Below, piece by piece: positions 32,131-40,648 of a DNA stretch of 64,000 nt (position 1 is its first letter; each line of letters starts with the position of its first letter). The DNA is taken from contig CAYIWY010000001.1 of assembly GCA_964367355.1 (NCBI GenBank), positions 100,340 to 164,339 on the forward strand, in the 5' to 3' direction. This DNA comes from an uncultured Gammaproteobacteria bacterium. Its GTDB lineage: Bacteria; Patescibacteriota; Microgenomatia; Woykebacterales; RBG-16-39-9b. A program made the translations under genes and the position numbers. The notes beneath the pieces are model-generated. The model had not been told where the DNA came from, ran no database searches, and was given only the letters and a program-made list of their open reading frames with translations.

Positions 32131-32816
32131 ACAGAGACGAACTAATAAATGAACTAATTGCTGCCGGAGCCGATCCATCGGAGGCAGAAGAACTAGCAAA
32201 TTTTAAGGATTCTTTGAAAAAGCCAATGCTTGAAAGAAACCAAAGTTTTAAGCTGAGACAGGTTAATCAAATATCGAGCAATCTGAATAAACCTTCTGGT
32301 TTTGATTGGCGGCGTTTTATTAGACCGTTTGGTTTAGCCCTTGGAGGCTTGTCTGTTGCCGGAGCCTCTGTTTTTGCTTCGCAAGGTAGCCTTCCGGGTG
32401 AATCGTTATATCCGATAAAAAGGTTGTCAGAAACTGTGTTTGAGAAAATCAAACCTGAGTTTAAAGATGAAATTCCCGTTCGACGCAGCGAAGAGGTAAG
32501 AAGTTTGATTGAGAAAAATAAGAATGACGACGCAATTAAAAGGAGTTTAGAGGACTATCAGAAACAATCTTCTGAGTCTGAAAATAAAAACACTATTAAA
32601 CAAGCAGTGGACAATTTAAGAAAGGCACAAGAGGAGGCATCAGAAAAGTCAAAAGAGGCGATTGAAAGGGTACTTAAAGAAGGTGATGTTAAAGGTGAGC
32701 AAATTAATAAGGAATCTGAAAATAAAGGTAGTGGGTCCAAAGACTCTGAGCAAAAATCAGGTGCTGGTTCCAATTCATCTGGGGAGAGCAACTCCCATTC
32801 TGGCGGGGGAGATTAA
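32127..32816 (+). CDS. Putative anti-sigma factor (DUF5667-like)
   Basis: TM segment followed by SLPGESLYPIKRLSE; overlaps the sigma stop codon. Confidence 0.8.
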   Translation: MNRDELINELIAAGADPSEAEELANFKDSLKKPMLERNQSFKLRQVNQISSNLNKPSGFDWRRFIRPFGLALGGLSVAGASVFASQGSLPGESLYPIKRLSETVFEKIKPEFKDEIPVRRSEEVRSLIEKNKNDDAIKRSLEDYQKQSSESENKNTIKQAVDNLRKAQEEASEKSKEAIERVLKEGDVKGEQINKESENKGSGSKDSEQKSGAGSNSSGESNSHSGGGD

Positions 32817-32891
32817 ACTTTTTTAAAGAACGAGGTTCGCAGAGCACTTTAGTGATCTACTTTGCGAAGCAATGAGGAGCAAAGCGATCTA

Positions 32892-32934
32892 TTTTCACCA
32901 ACAGAACTTAAATAGGTTTATTTTGGTTGCTTAA
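32892..32934 (+). repeat. Degenerate tail of the att-scar repeat (FSP-QNLNRFILVA*)
   Basis: ttttcacca(a)cagaacttaaataggttt matches the tails of the 36459 and 38253 copies. Confidence 0.55.
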
Positions 32935-32938
32935 CTAG

Positions 32939-33367
32939 TCAGACTATAAAATGTTTTTGGAGAAATGTTCCTGGAGTTACAATTCTTATTTCAGGGACTG
33001 TACTTTGTGCTTTTTGTGTGAGTATGTGACTTTTATCTAGGCTCAATAGAAAATCCACTTTAGCTTCCATCGCAGAGATTAAAATATGACGGTCTTTAAT
33101 ATCAATTTCTTTAAGATTTTGGAGTTTGTTTTCATCTGGAAATGGTAGGATTTTGAAATAATTACTTTCCAACCAGTTTATAAAAAGATCGTAACTTGCT
33201 TTAGCAAGCTTCCTGCTTATTGCTTCTTCGCTTTCCGCCACTACACCATCGTTTATCCAACCTTCAACTTTTCCTTGGCGAATAGAATTAACAACTTTAA
33301 AAGAACCACCAGTCTTCGAACCTGCAGCAGCAACCAAAACTGAAGAATCGAAAAAAACTTTAAGCAT
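32939..33367 (-). CDS. PIN-domain toxin (VapC-like)
   Basis: VFFDSSVL, KDRHILISA, LLSLD. Confidence 0.88.
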   Translation of the reverse strand: MLKVFFDSSVLVAAAGSKTGGSFKVVNSIRQGKVEGWINDGVVAESEEAISRKLAKASYDLFINWLESNYFKILPFPDENKLQNLKEIDIKDRHILISAMEAKVDFLLSLDKSHILTQKAQSTVPEIRIVTPGTFLQKHFIV

Positions 33368-33599
33368 TTAACTTATCTGCTTCGAGAAAACCTTCTATGT
33401 CGCTGTCAGTATAACTGCGTAGATATTTTGTAGGGATACTTCGCAGTGGTTTAACAATCAGTTCGCCTTCTTTAACACTAACATCTAATAGAGAGTTTTC
33501 ATCTATTCCTAACTGCTTGCGGAAAGCCGAAGGTATGGTTATTTGGCCTTTTGCGAGAGGTTTTACAATTTCCGAATTACGAAGTCTAGAAGATTTCAT
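33360..33599 (-). CDS. AbrB/MazE-family antitoxin
   Basis: KGQITIPSAFRKQLGI; overlaps the PIN gene. Confidence 0.9.
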   Translation of the reverse strand: MKSSRLRNSEIVKPLAKGQITIPSAFRKQLGIDENSLLDVSVKEGELIVKPLRSIPTKYLRSYTDSDIEGFLEADKLNA

Positions 33600-33675
33600 A
33601 TAGTTAGAATTATATCGTTAAGAAACTCATAATTTCTATATTATAGAATTTCTAACTTTATCTGTCAATACTAAG

Positions 33676-33772
33676 GCGTACTCGTTGGATCCGCCAATCG
33701 GCGGACGGGTTTAGGCACCTCTGGCCTCAAACGAACAGTTTCAGTTTTTCACCAGCAAATTTAAATCATTTC
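33676..33772 (+). repeat. att-scar repeat copy A (with TCCGCC-AATC-GGCGGA insertion)
   Basis: After removing 33690-33705 it reads AYSLDGFRHLWPQTNSFSFSPANLNHF. Confidence 0.75.
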
Positions 33773-33825
33773 TTACTTTTCGCCAATTAAAGCAGTAAAA
33801 TGCTTAATTAGAGAGGTAGGTTCAA

Positions 33826-34194
33826 ATGTTGACGCCAGTGATCCGGTTAATCACCCAAGAGATGGTAAACTCTTACGCTGAAGTATCGGGTGATCACAAC
33901 CCGCTTCATGTAGACAAGGAGTTTGCTGAGAAGTCTATTTTCGGAAGCACGATTGCTCACGGGATGCTTATTCTTGCTTTGGTTTCCGAAATGATGTACG
34001 CGGGGTTCTCAAAAGAATGGGCAACTAGTGGAGGTTTAAAGATAAGGTTCAAGAGACCAACATTTCCGGGAGACACTGTTACTGCAATTGGAGAATTACT
34101 TAGTGAAACGAACAACGCCTCGACCTTTGCAGTGAGCTGTGTAAATCAGAAGGGAGAAGTGCTTTTAGAGGGTAGGGTGTTTGTTAGAAAATAA
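33826..34194 (+). CDS. MaoC-family dehydratase
   Basis: SGDHNPLHVD, IAHGML. Confidence 0.92.
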   Translation: MLTPVIRLITQEMVNSYAEVSGDHNPLHVDKEFAEKSIFGSTIAHGMLILALVSEMMYAGFSKEWATSGGLKIRFKRPTFPGDTVTAIGELLSETNNASTFAVSCVNQKGEVLLEGRVFVRK

Positions 34195-34211
34195 CAAAGC
34201 ATTTGGTTAAC

Positions 34212-34242
34212 AAAGGACATTCTTGGAGGAGATGTCCTTTTT
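34212..34242 (+). terminator. Intrinsic terminator after the MaoC gene
   Basis: aaaggacat...atgtcctttttt. Confidence 0.6.
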
Positions 34243-34300
34243 CTTACTTAAGAAGTCCGATTCTCCTTAAGGTTTGAAGAGGTTCCGAAATCAATATCCT

Positions 34301-34388
34301 TGGTCGGGCTTGTTGGACTACACTTCGCTAAAGCTTCGCTGTAGCAGGCGATATTCGCAACCTCTGGCATCAATTAAACTCCTTTTAG
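34301..34388 (+). repeat. att-scar repeat copy B
   Basis: tggtcgggcttgttggac[31-bp hairpin]gatattcgcaacctctggcatcaattaaactcc = WSGLLD-DIRNLWHQLNSF. Confidence 0.85.
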
Positions 34389-34963
34389 ATCTTTTGGATT
34401 TTTAAGTTGATAAAGAACCTTGTAATTTCCGCATCTGTTCCCAGTGTTCCGGTTTGAATATTTGATTCAATAGTTGCGGTTGAAGAGGTTGTGTAGTTTA
34501 CCTGCCATTCTCTATATCCCGGATCATTTTCATAATTTACTCTGATTAATGTAATCGCCCCTGTGGTCTTTGGTTCAGACTCAATCCAACTATACTTGTT
34601 CGACAACCTCAGAAAAACCTGTTGGCCATTACTTATGGCAAAGAACTGACCAAAGTCTTTTTCAGTAATAATTAATTTATACTCTTGTGGAATGGTAGTG
34701 CTCTTCTCGCTCGTCTCAGTATCTTTTTTAGTACTTGTTGGGGTTGAATTTTTTTCAGCACTTTTTGTTGCGACTTTATTCCCAGAGTCAGTTGTGTTAG
34801 TTGTTTTACGATTATAGAACGATAAATAAGCTATGTAAAATAAAGCAGCGACTATTAGCGCGGCAATAACAGAAATTCCCAAAACTAATCTCCAATTAAA
34901 TTTATTTCCCGATTTATTATCGGTAGATGATGGTTGATTTGTTGGTTTAAGGTCTTCACCCAT
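34385..34963 (-). CDS. Membrane-anchored hypothetical surface protein with Thr/Ser-rich linker
   Basis: TM helix then T/S/K linker; leaderless start behind tgctataat. Confidence 0.7.
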   Translation of the reverse strand: MGEDLKPTNQPSSTDNKSGNKFNWRLVLGISVIAALIVAALFYIAYLSFYNRKTTNTTDSGNKVATKSAEKNSTPTSTKKDTETSEKSTTIPQEYKLIITEKDFGQFFAISNGQQVFLRLSNKYSWIESEPKTTGAITLIRVNYENDPGYREWQVNYTTSSTATIESNIQTGTLGTDAEITRFFINLKIQKI

Positions 34964-34997
34964 TAAGTAAATTATAGCACTCGTGGGAGCATTTTGT

Positions 34998-35063
34998 TGG
35001 TTGGACTCTGTCTTCACCGGTTGGTGAGTGAGGAACCTTTACCCTCAAATCAACTCTTTTAAA
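34998..35063 (+). repeat. att-scar repeat copy C (degenerate)
   Basis: ttggactctgt[cttcaccggttggtgagt]gaggaacctttaccctcaaatcaactctttt = LDSV-RNLYPQINSF. Confidence 0.65.
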
Positions 35064-35164
35064 AACTGCAGGTCGCAGAGCGCGTAGCGATCTATTTTTG
35101 TTGGCTAACCTAAATACGTTGTTCGATTCTCGCGAAAGACAGTAGAGTTTGATATAATTTATGT

Positions 35165-35773
35165 GTGGGTAAAGATTCCGGTAAAGATTATCTAATAAAA
35201 CTAGACGAACGAGTTAGAAGAAACTTAATTGTAGTTTATATAACGAGTGTTCTAATAAGCTTTCCAATCCTCTTTTATTTTTTTCTTATCCCAACAAAAT
35301 ATATATTATTTAGCCTCCCGTATTTAACTGGCTTTGTTATTTATGGATTCCTCTGGATTAAAAATATCTTTAAATTAAAGGAACGAGCATCTGATTCAAA
35401 TCTGTTTCCTAATCTCGAGAAGGAAAGAAAAAACATAAACATTTCTTTTCTTGTTTTTTTGACCCTTTGGTTAATAGTAGGTCTATTGTCTAAATTAATT
35501 TTTTTGGTTATTTTCACGGTTATTTTAGTTTGGGTTGTAACCTTCCCTTCCGTAGTCTTATATTTCGCTATCTTCCATAAATATTTTTACTTTAATTACT
35601 TTATGTATGGGGTCTACAATTTGAATTATCCAATGACAAACTTTACACTTCCTACCTATATACATATTCCGTTCTGGTTGATATTTGTTCTGATTTTCTG
35701 GGCTCTTGTTAACCCTCAATTAAATGATTCTTCAAGCACTTTGTTTTTACCAAACCTCTTAAAACTACCTTAA
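35165..35773 (+). CDS. Hypothetical multi-pass membrane protein
   Basis: 202 aa, about five hydrophobic segments. Confidence 0.65.
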   Translation: MGKDSGKDYLIKLDERVRRNLIVVYITSVLISFPILFYFFLIPTKYILFSLPYLTGFVIYGFLWIKNIFKLKERASDSNLFPNLEKERKNINISFLVFLTLWLIVGLLSKLIFLVIFTVILVWVVTFPSVVLYFAIFHKYFYFNYFMYGVYNLNYPMTNFTLPTYIHIPFWLIFVLIFWALVNPQLNDSSSTLFLPNLLKLP

Positions 35774-35782
35774 CAGAGCTCT

Positions 35783-35860
35783 TGGTTGGGCTTGTTGGAC
35801 TACACTTCGCTAAAGCTTCGCCTAGATATCAGGAACCTCTGGCCTCAGTTAAACTCGTTT
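35783..35860 (+). repeat. att-scar repeat copy D
   Basis: tggttgggcttgttggac[24-bp hairpin]gatatcaggaacctctggcctcagttaaactcgttt = WLGLLD-DIRNLWPQLNSF. Confidence 0.85.
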
Positions 35861-35894
35861 GTAGAACTTGTTCGCAGAGCGCGTAGCGGGCGAT

Positions 35895-36149
35895 TTAACC
35901 TTTATAGATTTCTCTTCGGTGTCCGATACGCAAAATAACTATTTCTTTCCCTTCAATATCAAAAGTTACTCGATAATCGCCGATTCGAAATCGTCTTTTT
36001 CCAAACCTAGATTCTTTAAGAGACTCGCTATATTTCATTGGGTCGTTTTCGAATTCTGCTAATTTTTTAGCAAACCTTTTCTTAACGATTCGATCAAGTT
36101 TTGCCAGATCCTTTAGAGATCTTTGGGTGTAAGTGAGTTGGAATTTCAT
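35895..36149 (-). CDS. RelE/ParE-family toxin
   Basis: RFRIGDYRV, IGHRREIY. Confidence 0.93.
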   Translation of the reverse strand: MKFQLTYTQRSLKDLAKLDRIVKKRFAKKLAEFENDPMKYSESLKESRFGKRRFRIGDYRVTFDIEGKEIVILRIGHRREIYKG

Positions 36150-36156
36150 TCAGAGG

Positions 36157-36414
36157 TTATAGATCGCCAAAAACTTGCTCGTGAGTGTATACGCGACCAG
36201 CTTTAAAATCTTCTCTAGCTTCTTTTATACTTTTAATATATTGGGGGGAGTTGGCCATTAGTAGATCTTCAAAGAAATCAATGTTGACCAGTGCAACTTT
36301 TGGCTCACCGCGTTCGGTTACAAGAATATAATCTTCTTTTTCGCTCACCTCGTCTATAACATCTGCTAAGCTGTTCCTAAAAGTTGTTGTCGAGACTATC
36401 TTGGAGTTTTTCAT
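36157..36414 (-). CDS. Phd/YefM-family antitoxin
   Basis: STTTFRNSLADVIDEV, VTERGEPKVAL; upstream of RelE. Confidence 0.9.
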   Translation of the reverse strand: MKNSKIVSTTTFRNSLADVIDEVSEKEDYILVTERGEPKVALVNIDFFEDLLMANSPQYIKSIKEAREDFKAGRVYTHEQVFGDL

Positions 36415-36458
36415 ACATCTGAAGTGTACAGTTGAATTGTAATAATGTCAATAGCCAT

Positions 36459-36580
36459 TGGTCGGCCTTGTTGGACCCAACTTCGTAAAAACTACGCTGG
36501 GCAAGCTCCAGAACCTATGGACTCAACTTAACTCTTTCGACTTTAGCCCACAGAACCTAAATCGGTTCCTAATTCGTTGA
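36459..36580 (+). repeat. att-scar repeat copy E
   Basis: WSALLD[26-bp hairpin]KLQNLWTQLNSFDFSPQNLNRFLIR*. Confidence 0.85.
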
Positions 36581-36610
36581 TTTACACAACTTTTAGTGTT
36601 ATATTTATAA

Positions 36611-36683
36611 CAATTCGTTTATCGAAGGTGGATAACCCGTAAGGGTATCGTGGAAGGGTTGGCGAGAGCCAACCTCTTTCATT
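36611..36683 (+). ncRNA. Putative structured small RNA convergent with the DUF3800 gene
   Basis: TTGATT-17-TATATT promoter (36577-36605); two GNRA-capped hairpins GATA.ACCC-GTAA-GGGT.ATC and GGTTGGC-GAGA-GCCAACC. Confidence 0.6.
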
Positions 36684-37465
36684 TAGATTAACTTTTTCCC
36701 ATACCCTTTAAAGTTATTAAAAGTTCTTCCAACAACATATTTATTTTGAATAGAATTCAAGATTTGTTTGGTAAAACTTTTAGGTGCTACTTTTAGCTTT
36801 TCATATTCAACCAAAACGTCAAATTTGGTTGGGGAACAGAGTAGGTCAGTAAATTCTAAGCCTTCGATCCCGTATGATTTAATTTTTAATTTAATTTCTT
36901 TTGAAGTTAGAACGGATTGGATAAAATCAGGTTCCCTAAAATTTGTCCCTCTAGTGTAAAAATGTGTATAACTTGCTTTCAATTGTAAGTCTTCTTTTTT
37001 CCCTCTTGCCTCTGCACAAACGTCACCCCTCCCCATAGTTGCAAGAAAATTAGTATATCTTTCGAGCATCACAGTAAGGCAATAATGATAAGGGTGTTCA
37101 GCGGCCTTTGAATACTTTTCTAAATGATCTTTTTTATCAATTACAACGCAGATTATCTTATAATCAACGTCTTTTACCATTGATAATAACTGTCGGTTAT
37201 ACTCTTCTTTAATTTTTGTATCTTGCAGTTTATTAAAGTAGTTCTTTTTATTTACAATATCCTCTCTGTGTAAAATCGGTAAGTTGTCGGGATCGTTTGA
37301 GAATAACTTCTTTATACTTTTTATTCTTGGCTGTAAATCAGATTCATAATTATCCAAACTGATAATTACACCTGTGAGAGATAGGTATTGCTTCCCTACT
37401 TCGTCAGATTGGGAATAGTGATGATTACCTGATTCATCAATATAAAGTCGATAAAGATTTTCCAT
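36683..37465 (-). CDS. DUF3800-domain protein
   Basis: LYIDESG N-terminal motif, LHREDI, EARG, GLEFTDL. Confidence 0.85.
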   Translation of the reverse strand: MENLYRLYIDESGNHHYSQSDEVGKQYLSLTGVIISLDNYESDLQPRIKSIKKLFSNDPDNLPILHREDIVNKKNYFNKLQDTKIKEEYNRQLLSMVKDVDYKIICVVIDKKDHLEKYSKAAEHPYHYCLTVMLERYTNFLATMGRGDVCAEARGKKEDLQLKASYTHFYTRGTNFREPDFIQSVLTSKEIKLKIKSYGIEGLEFTDLLCSPTKFDVLVEYEKLKVAPKSFTKQILNSIQNKYVVGRTFNNFKGYGKKLI

Positions 37466-37482
37466 ATGATAACAAGGTACTG

Positions 37483-37515
37483 ATTCTACCACCAAAGTGT
37501 TAAAATGGCAGCTAT
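37483..37515. promoter_or_regulatory. Divergent promoter module ATTYTACCACCAAAGTGYTAAAATGGCAGCT (also at 38996-39026 and 41419-41449)
   Basis: Three copies, each between divergent genes; extended -10 boxes on both strands. Confidence 0.7.
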
Positions 37516-38185
37516 GAAACTAGATGTTCCTTTAATAAGACAACCAAAAGATTCTGTTGACTGTGGGGTAGCAGCAGTAACTATGGTGCTAAACTTTCAC
37601 AGGACTGAGAAAACTTTTGAGGAGGTTAAGAAGGATATTTCTACTGATGAAGTAGGTACTTATGCCCCACAACTAGGAGAGTATCTAGCAAGACAACATT
37701 TTTCTGTAGATATTGTTGTTAGAAACCCACTACTTTTTACAAGAAATGACGAAAATCTAGATAAAAATTCATTAACTGAGAAGTTTAACCGGTTGCAACA
37801 TAAAGGAGTTAGTATTCATAATCTGAAAGTAATAAATTACTTCAATAACTTCCTAAAATGGCCACAGAATAAGGTTACTGTAAAGATTCCAGACAAAAAT
37901 GATATTGAAGAAGAAATTAATAGTGGGAGACCATTAATTGCCTTTTTAACAAACGCTGCTCTTTATAGAGAAAACATAGCTGAAAAACATAAAAAGGATT
38001 TTTCCTACACCTTTCATACGGTTGTAATTACTGGTTTAGAAAATGGAAAAGTTTTTGTTAATGACCCTTATGCGGAGGAAGACGGTGGGAGTAAAGAATA
38101 CCCATTAGAAGATTTTCTATTTTCAATGTACTCTAGTTCTCTTGGGGATTTGGATAACGGAAGTTTGATAAAAGTTAGGAAATGA
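37505..38185 (+). CDS. C39-like cysteine peptidase
   Basis: VPLIRQ...DCGVAA, HTVVITG, VNDPY. Confidence 0.85.
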   Translation: MAAMKLDVPLIRQPKDSVDCGVAAVTMVLNFHRTEKTFEEVKKDISTDEVGTYAPQLGEYLARQHFSVDIVVRNPLLFTRNDENLDKNSLTEKFNRLQHKGVSIHNLKVINYFNNFLKWPQNKVTVKIPDKNDIEEEINSGRPLIAFLTNAALYRENIAEKHKKDFSYTFHTVVITGLENGKVFVNDPYAEEDGGSKEYPLEDFLFSMYSSSLGDLDNGSLIKVRK

Positions 38186-38252
38186 TCCTAGAGGTTCGAT
38201 AACTACTCAGCCCTGCTACAATTTGATATAGTAACTCAGGCACGAATTTTAT

Positions 38253-38336
38253 TGGTCGCCCTTGTTGGACGATATCAGGAACCTCTGGCCTCAACTTAAT
38301 TCTTTTAACTTTAGTCCACAGAACCTAAATCGTTTT
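38253..38336 (+). repeat. att-scar repeat copy F (uninterrupted)
   Basis: tggtcgcccttgttggacgatatcaggaacctctggcctcaacttaattcttttaactttagtccacagaacctaaatcgtttt = WSPLLDDIRNLWPQLNSFNFSPQNLNRF. Confidence 0.85.
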
Positions 38337-38358
38337 TATAATAGGTTAACTTTGCCCC

Positions 38359-38988
38359 TTACAACTTAAGCTTGGTAAAATCGTTTTTTGAGTAAGTGCT
38401 TAGGTCTTGAACAGATAAAATTTTAACTGCTTCGGAAAAACCCTCAAACATTTTATTTAACCTGGTTTTTTTACCCTGTATCTGTTCCTCTTCTAATTCC
38501 TCAACAAATAGGTTTATGGAATTTTTGATTTCTGCATAAAATTCCGGTAAATAGATACCGAATCTTTTTAATTTAACGTCACTTCCAATATACCACTCTG
38601 CTATTTTACCCCCTTTCTTAATCCATTTTGGATGATGTGTATGAAGTAACCCGTGTCGAAACACTTCGTAATGTAACCCGTAAGTGGGAGAAAGAATTTT
38701 AAATTTCCTCATAAATTTAGCTACATCTTTACCCTCATTTTTCTTCTTTGGAATATATCCCCAGTATAAATGAGAAAGGTAAGTTAATTCAGCAAATAAA
38801 AATCTCACTGCCGAGTAAAATGCTCCGGGAGAGTTTTTAAGAATGGTATCCATCTCTCGATTTAACGACTCAAGAAGTTCGTTTTCAAGGTACGCGACAG
38901 CAACCGTGTGGTTGAAATACTTTTTATAAACCCTTTTATCTGCAGGTTGCCAAACTCCTTCTAAATAATACCCAATAATATTTTCCAT
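38359..38988 (-). CDS. Hypothetical protein with HEPN-like RxxxxH motif
   Basis: YEVFRHGLLH in a mostly helical 209-aa protein. Confidence 0.55.
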   Translation of the reverse strand: MENIIGYYLEGVWQPADKRVYKKYFNHTVAVAYLENELLESLNREMDTILKNSPGAFYSAVRFLFAELTYLSHLYWGYIPKKKNEGKDVAKFMRKFKILSPTYGLHYEVFRHGLLHTHHPKWIKKGGKIAEWYIGSDVKLKRFGIYLPEFYAEIKNSINLFVEELEEEQIQGKKTRLNKMFEGFSEAVKILSVQDLSTYSKNDFTKLKL

Positions 38989-39087
38989 CGTTTGGATTTT
39001 ACCACCAAAGTGCTAAAATGGCAGCTTTTTTTAAAATCATTCTTTCTGCTCCTTGTTAATAAATATATAAATTCTACAATCTCCAAT

Positions 39088-39489
39088 ATGAGACCAATAA
39101 AGCAAGAGGATCCTTTTGGATGTGCAGTTGCCTGTGTAGCTTCGGTATTGAGGATTGATTATCAAGAGGCGTTACATATCTTTAGAGATGGTAACAGGAA
39201 GGCTAAGACAACAGGTTTTTATTGCAGAGAAATAGTTAGTGCACTTGAAAAGGAAGGACTAAAGTATGAGTACAAGTACATAAGTAGCAGGTTTAGAAAG
39301 AAGATATACAAGCCAGGTACAATTGTCTTTTTAAGAAGATCTAAGAAATATCCTGAAGGTCACTACCTATGTCGAACTAGTAGTAAGGAGTGGATGGATT
39401 CCTGGTTTAACTTCCCATCTGAGAAACGAGAAGCAGGGTTTAGAAAGAGACTACCAGAAAAATCCATATATTTGATTTACCCACTTTAG
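39088..39489 (+). CDS. Small C39-like peptidase
   Basis: QEDPFGCAVACVA, GHYL, WMDSW. Confidence 0.7.
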   Translation: MRPIKQEDPFGCAVACVASVLRIDYQEALHIFRDGNRKAKTTGFYCREIVSALEKEGLKYEYKYISSRFRKKIYKPGTIVFLRRSKKYPEGHYLCRTSSKEWMDSWFNFPSEKREAGFRKRLPEKSIYLIYPL

Positions 39490-39494
39490 AGAGA

Positions 39495-40103
39495 TTACAC
39501 AATCTTGCGATCTTCCCCTTCCACAATAACTGCTTGCTTATCAGTTAGCTTGATCAAGTCGTATTTGTCTGAATATTTCTTCACTATTTCTTCATATTTT
39601 GATATGTACTTCTTATTGCCAAAATGAGGTAGGGCAACAAAATCTACCAGACCAAGGCCTTTAGTTGAATCTAGTTTGGCTTTGCTGGGATCATCCATCC
39701 AAGCGACTGGTTCAATGTCTGGACCAACAAGGACAGAACCAGCACTAGAACCAATATAGATAACCCCTTTTTCAACCAACTCTTTAACAACCTCATCAAA
39801 GCCTGATTCTCTGGCTTTTTCTAGCAAGTAGAAAGTATTACCACCACAGACGAAAATTATGCTTGCATTGCCCATTTCTTCTCTCAAATTACCCATACCT
39901 TTTTTCTTCAAATCGACCTCTTGCACCAGATAACCCCTCTCTTTCAGTGCTTTTCTATCGACATCAACAAACCACTTGTCTTCGTACGGATCGGCTGCAG
40001 TAGGAATAAAGGCAACTGTAGTTTTTTCAAGAGAATCAGAGAAAGTATCTACAAATTTGTCTGCAGACTCAGCAAAAACTGAAGCTAAGAAAAGTCTCTT
40101 CAT
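39495..40103 (-). CDS. Peptidase E / S51 family (class I glutamine amidotransferase-like)
   Basis: FIPTA, GGNTFYL, YIGSSAGS, LPH. Confidence 0.92.
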   Translation of the reverse strand: MKRLFLASVFAESADKFVDTFSDSLEKTTVAFIPTAADPYEDKWFVDVDRKALKERGYLVQEVDLKKKGMGNLREEMGNASIIFVCGGNTFYLLEKARESGFDEVVKELVEKGVIYIGSSAGSVLVGPDIEPVAWMDDPSKAKLDSTKGLGLVDFVALPHFGNKKYISKYEEIVKKYSDKYDLIKLTDKQAVIVEGEDRKIV

Positions 40104-40648
40104 AATTTAGTAAACTCTGAACTTTTCACCCTAACCGCTTCTGACATTTTTTCAGTACTAACATAAGCCAAAACATCAACGTCAGGGTCATATAACTCAA
40201 TCATATCTAGGTCAGGTCTTTCAAAGACTCTTGCACCTTCCATTTTCTTACCCGCAATTAGTTCGTCTTTTAGCTGTTTGTATTTTTCAGGTTCTAAGTA
40301 AAAATCTACATCTCCAACGTGATGTCGATAGGGGTCTGGTTTCCTGATATAGAGATGGGTGTAAGTAGTTTCGGGAACATCATCTTGTGCTGGGATAACG
40401 ATTGGTTTAAGTAAAGTGAAATACTTTTGATTTGGATTGTCTGAGGGTTCAGTAAGTTCTTTTCTAAACTTTATCAGAGCCTCATATTCAACATCGTAAT
40501 GACAAAACACTCCAATATTACCAGCATTATTTGGAAGGTAATAACCGAAGGATTGTTTAGAAAGTTTGTGAGCTTCAAAATTAATGTGCTTAGCAGCTTC
40601 AAGCAGTTCATCTATGCTTTGTATTGGACTAAATCTGTACAGTTTCAT
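40100..40648 (-). CDS. Conserved hypothetical protein
   Basis: Intact 182-aa ORF translationally coupled to both neighbours. Confidence 0.75.
   Translation of the reverse strand: MKLYRFSPIQSIDELLEAAKHINFEAHKLSKQSFGYYLPNNAGNIGVFCHYDVEYEALIKFRKELTEPSDNPNQKYFTLLKPIVIPAQDDVPETTYTHLYIRKPDPYRHHVGDVDFYLEPEKYKQLKDELIAGKKMEGARVFERPDLDMIELYDPDVDVLAYVSTEKMSEAVRVKSSEFTKL

Noticed and set aside
31551-34272. CTCCTTAAGGTT at 31551 and 34263, resembling the comM junction palindrome CCTTAAGG
   Set aside because: Short and AT-rich with no shared flanks; probably chance.
33676-38336. Repeats interpreted as a CRISPR array
   Set aside because: The intervals are gene-sized (0.6-1.8 kb), the repeats are degenerate and codon-conserved, and no cas genes are present.
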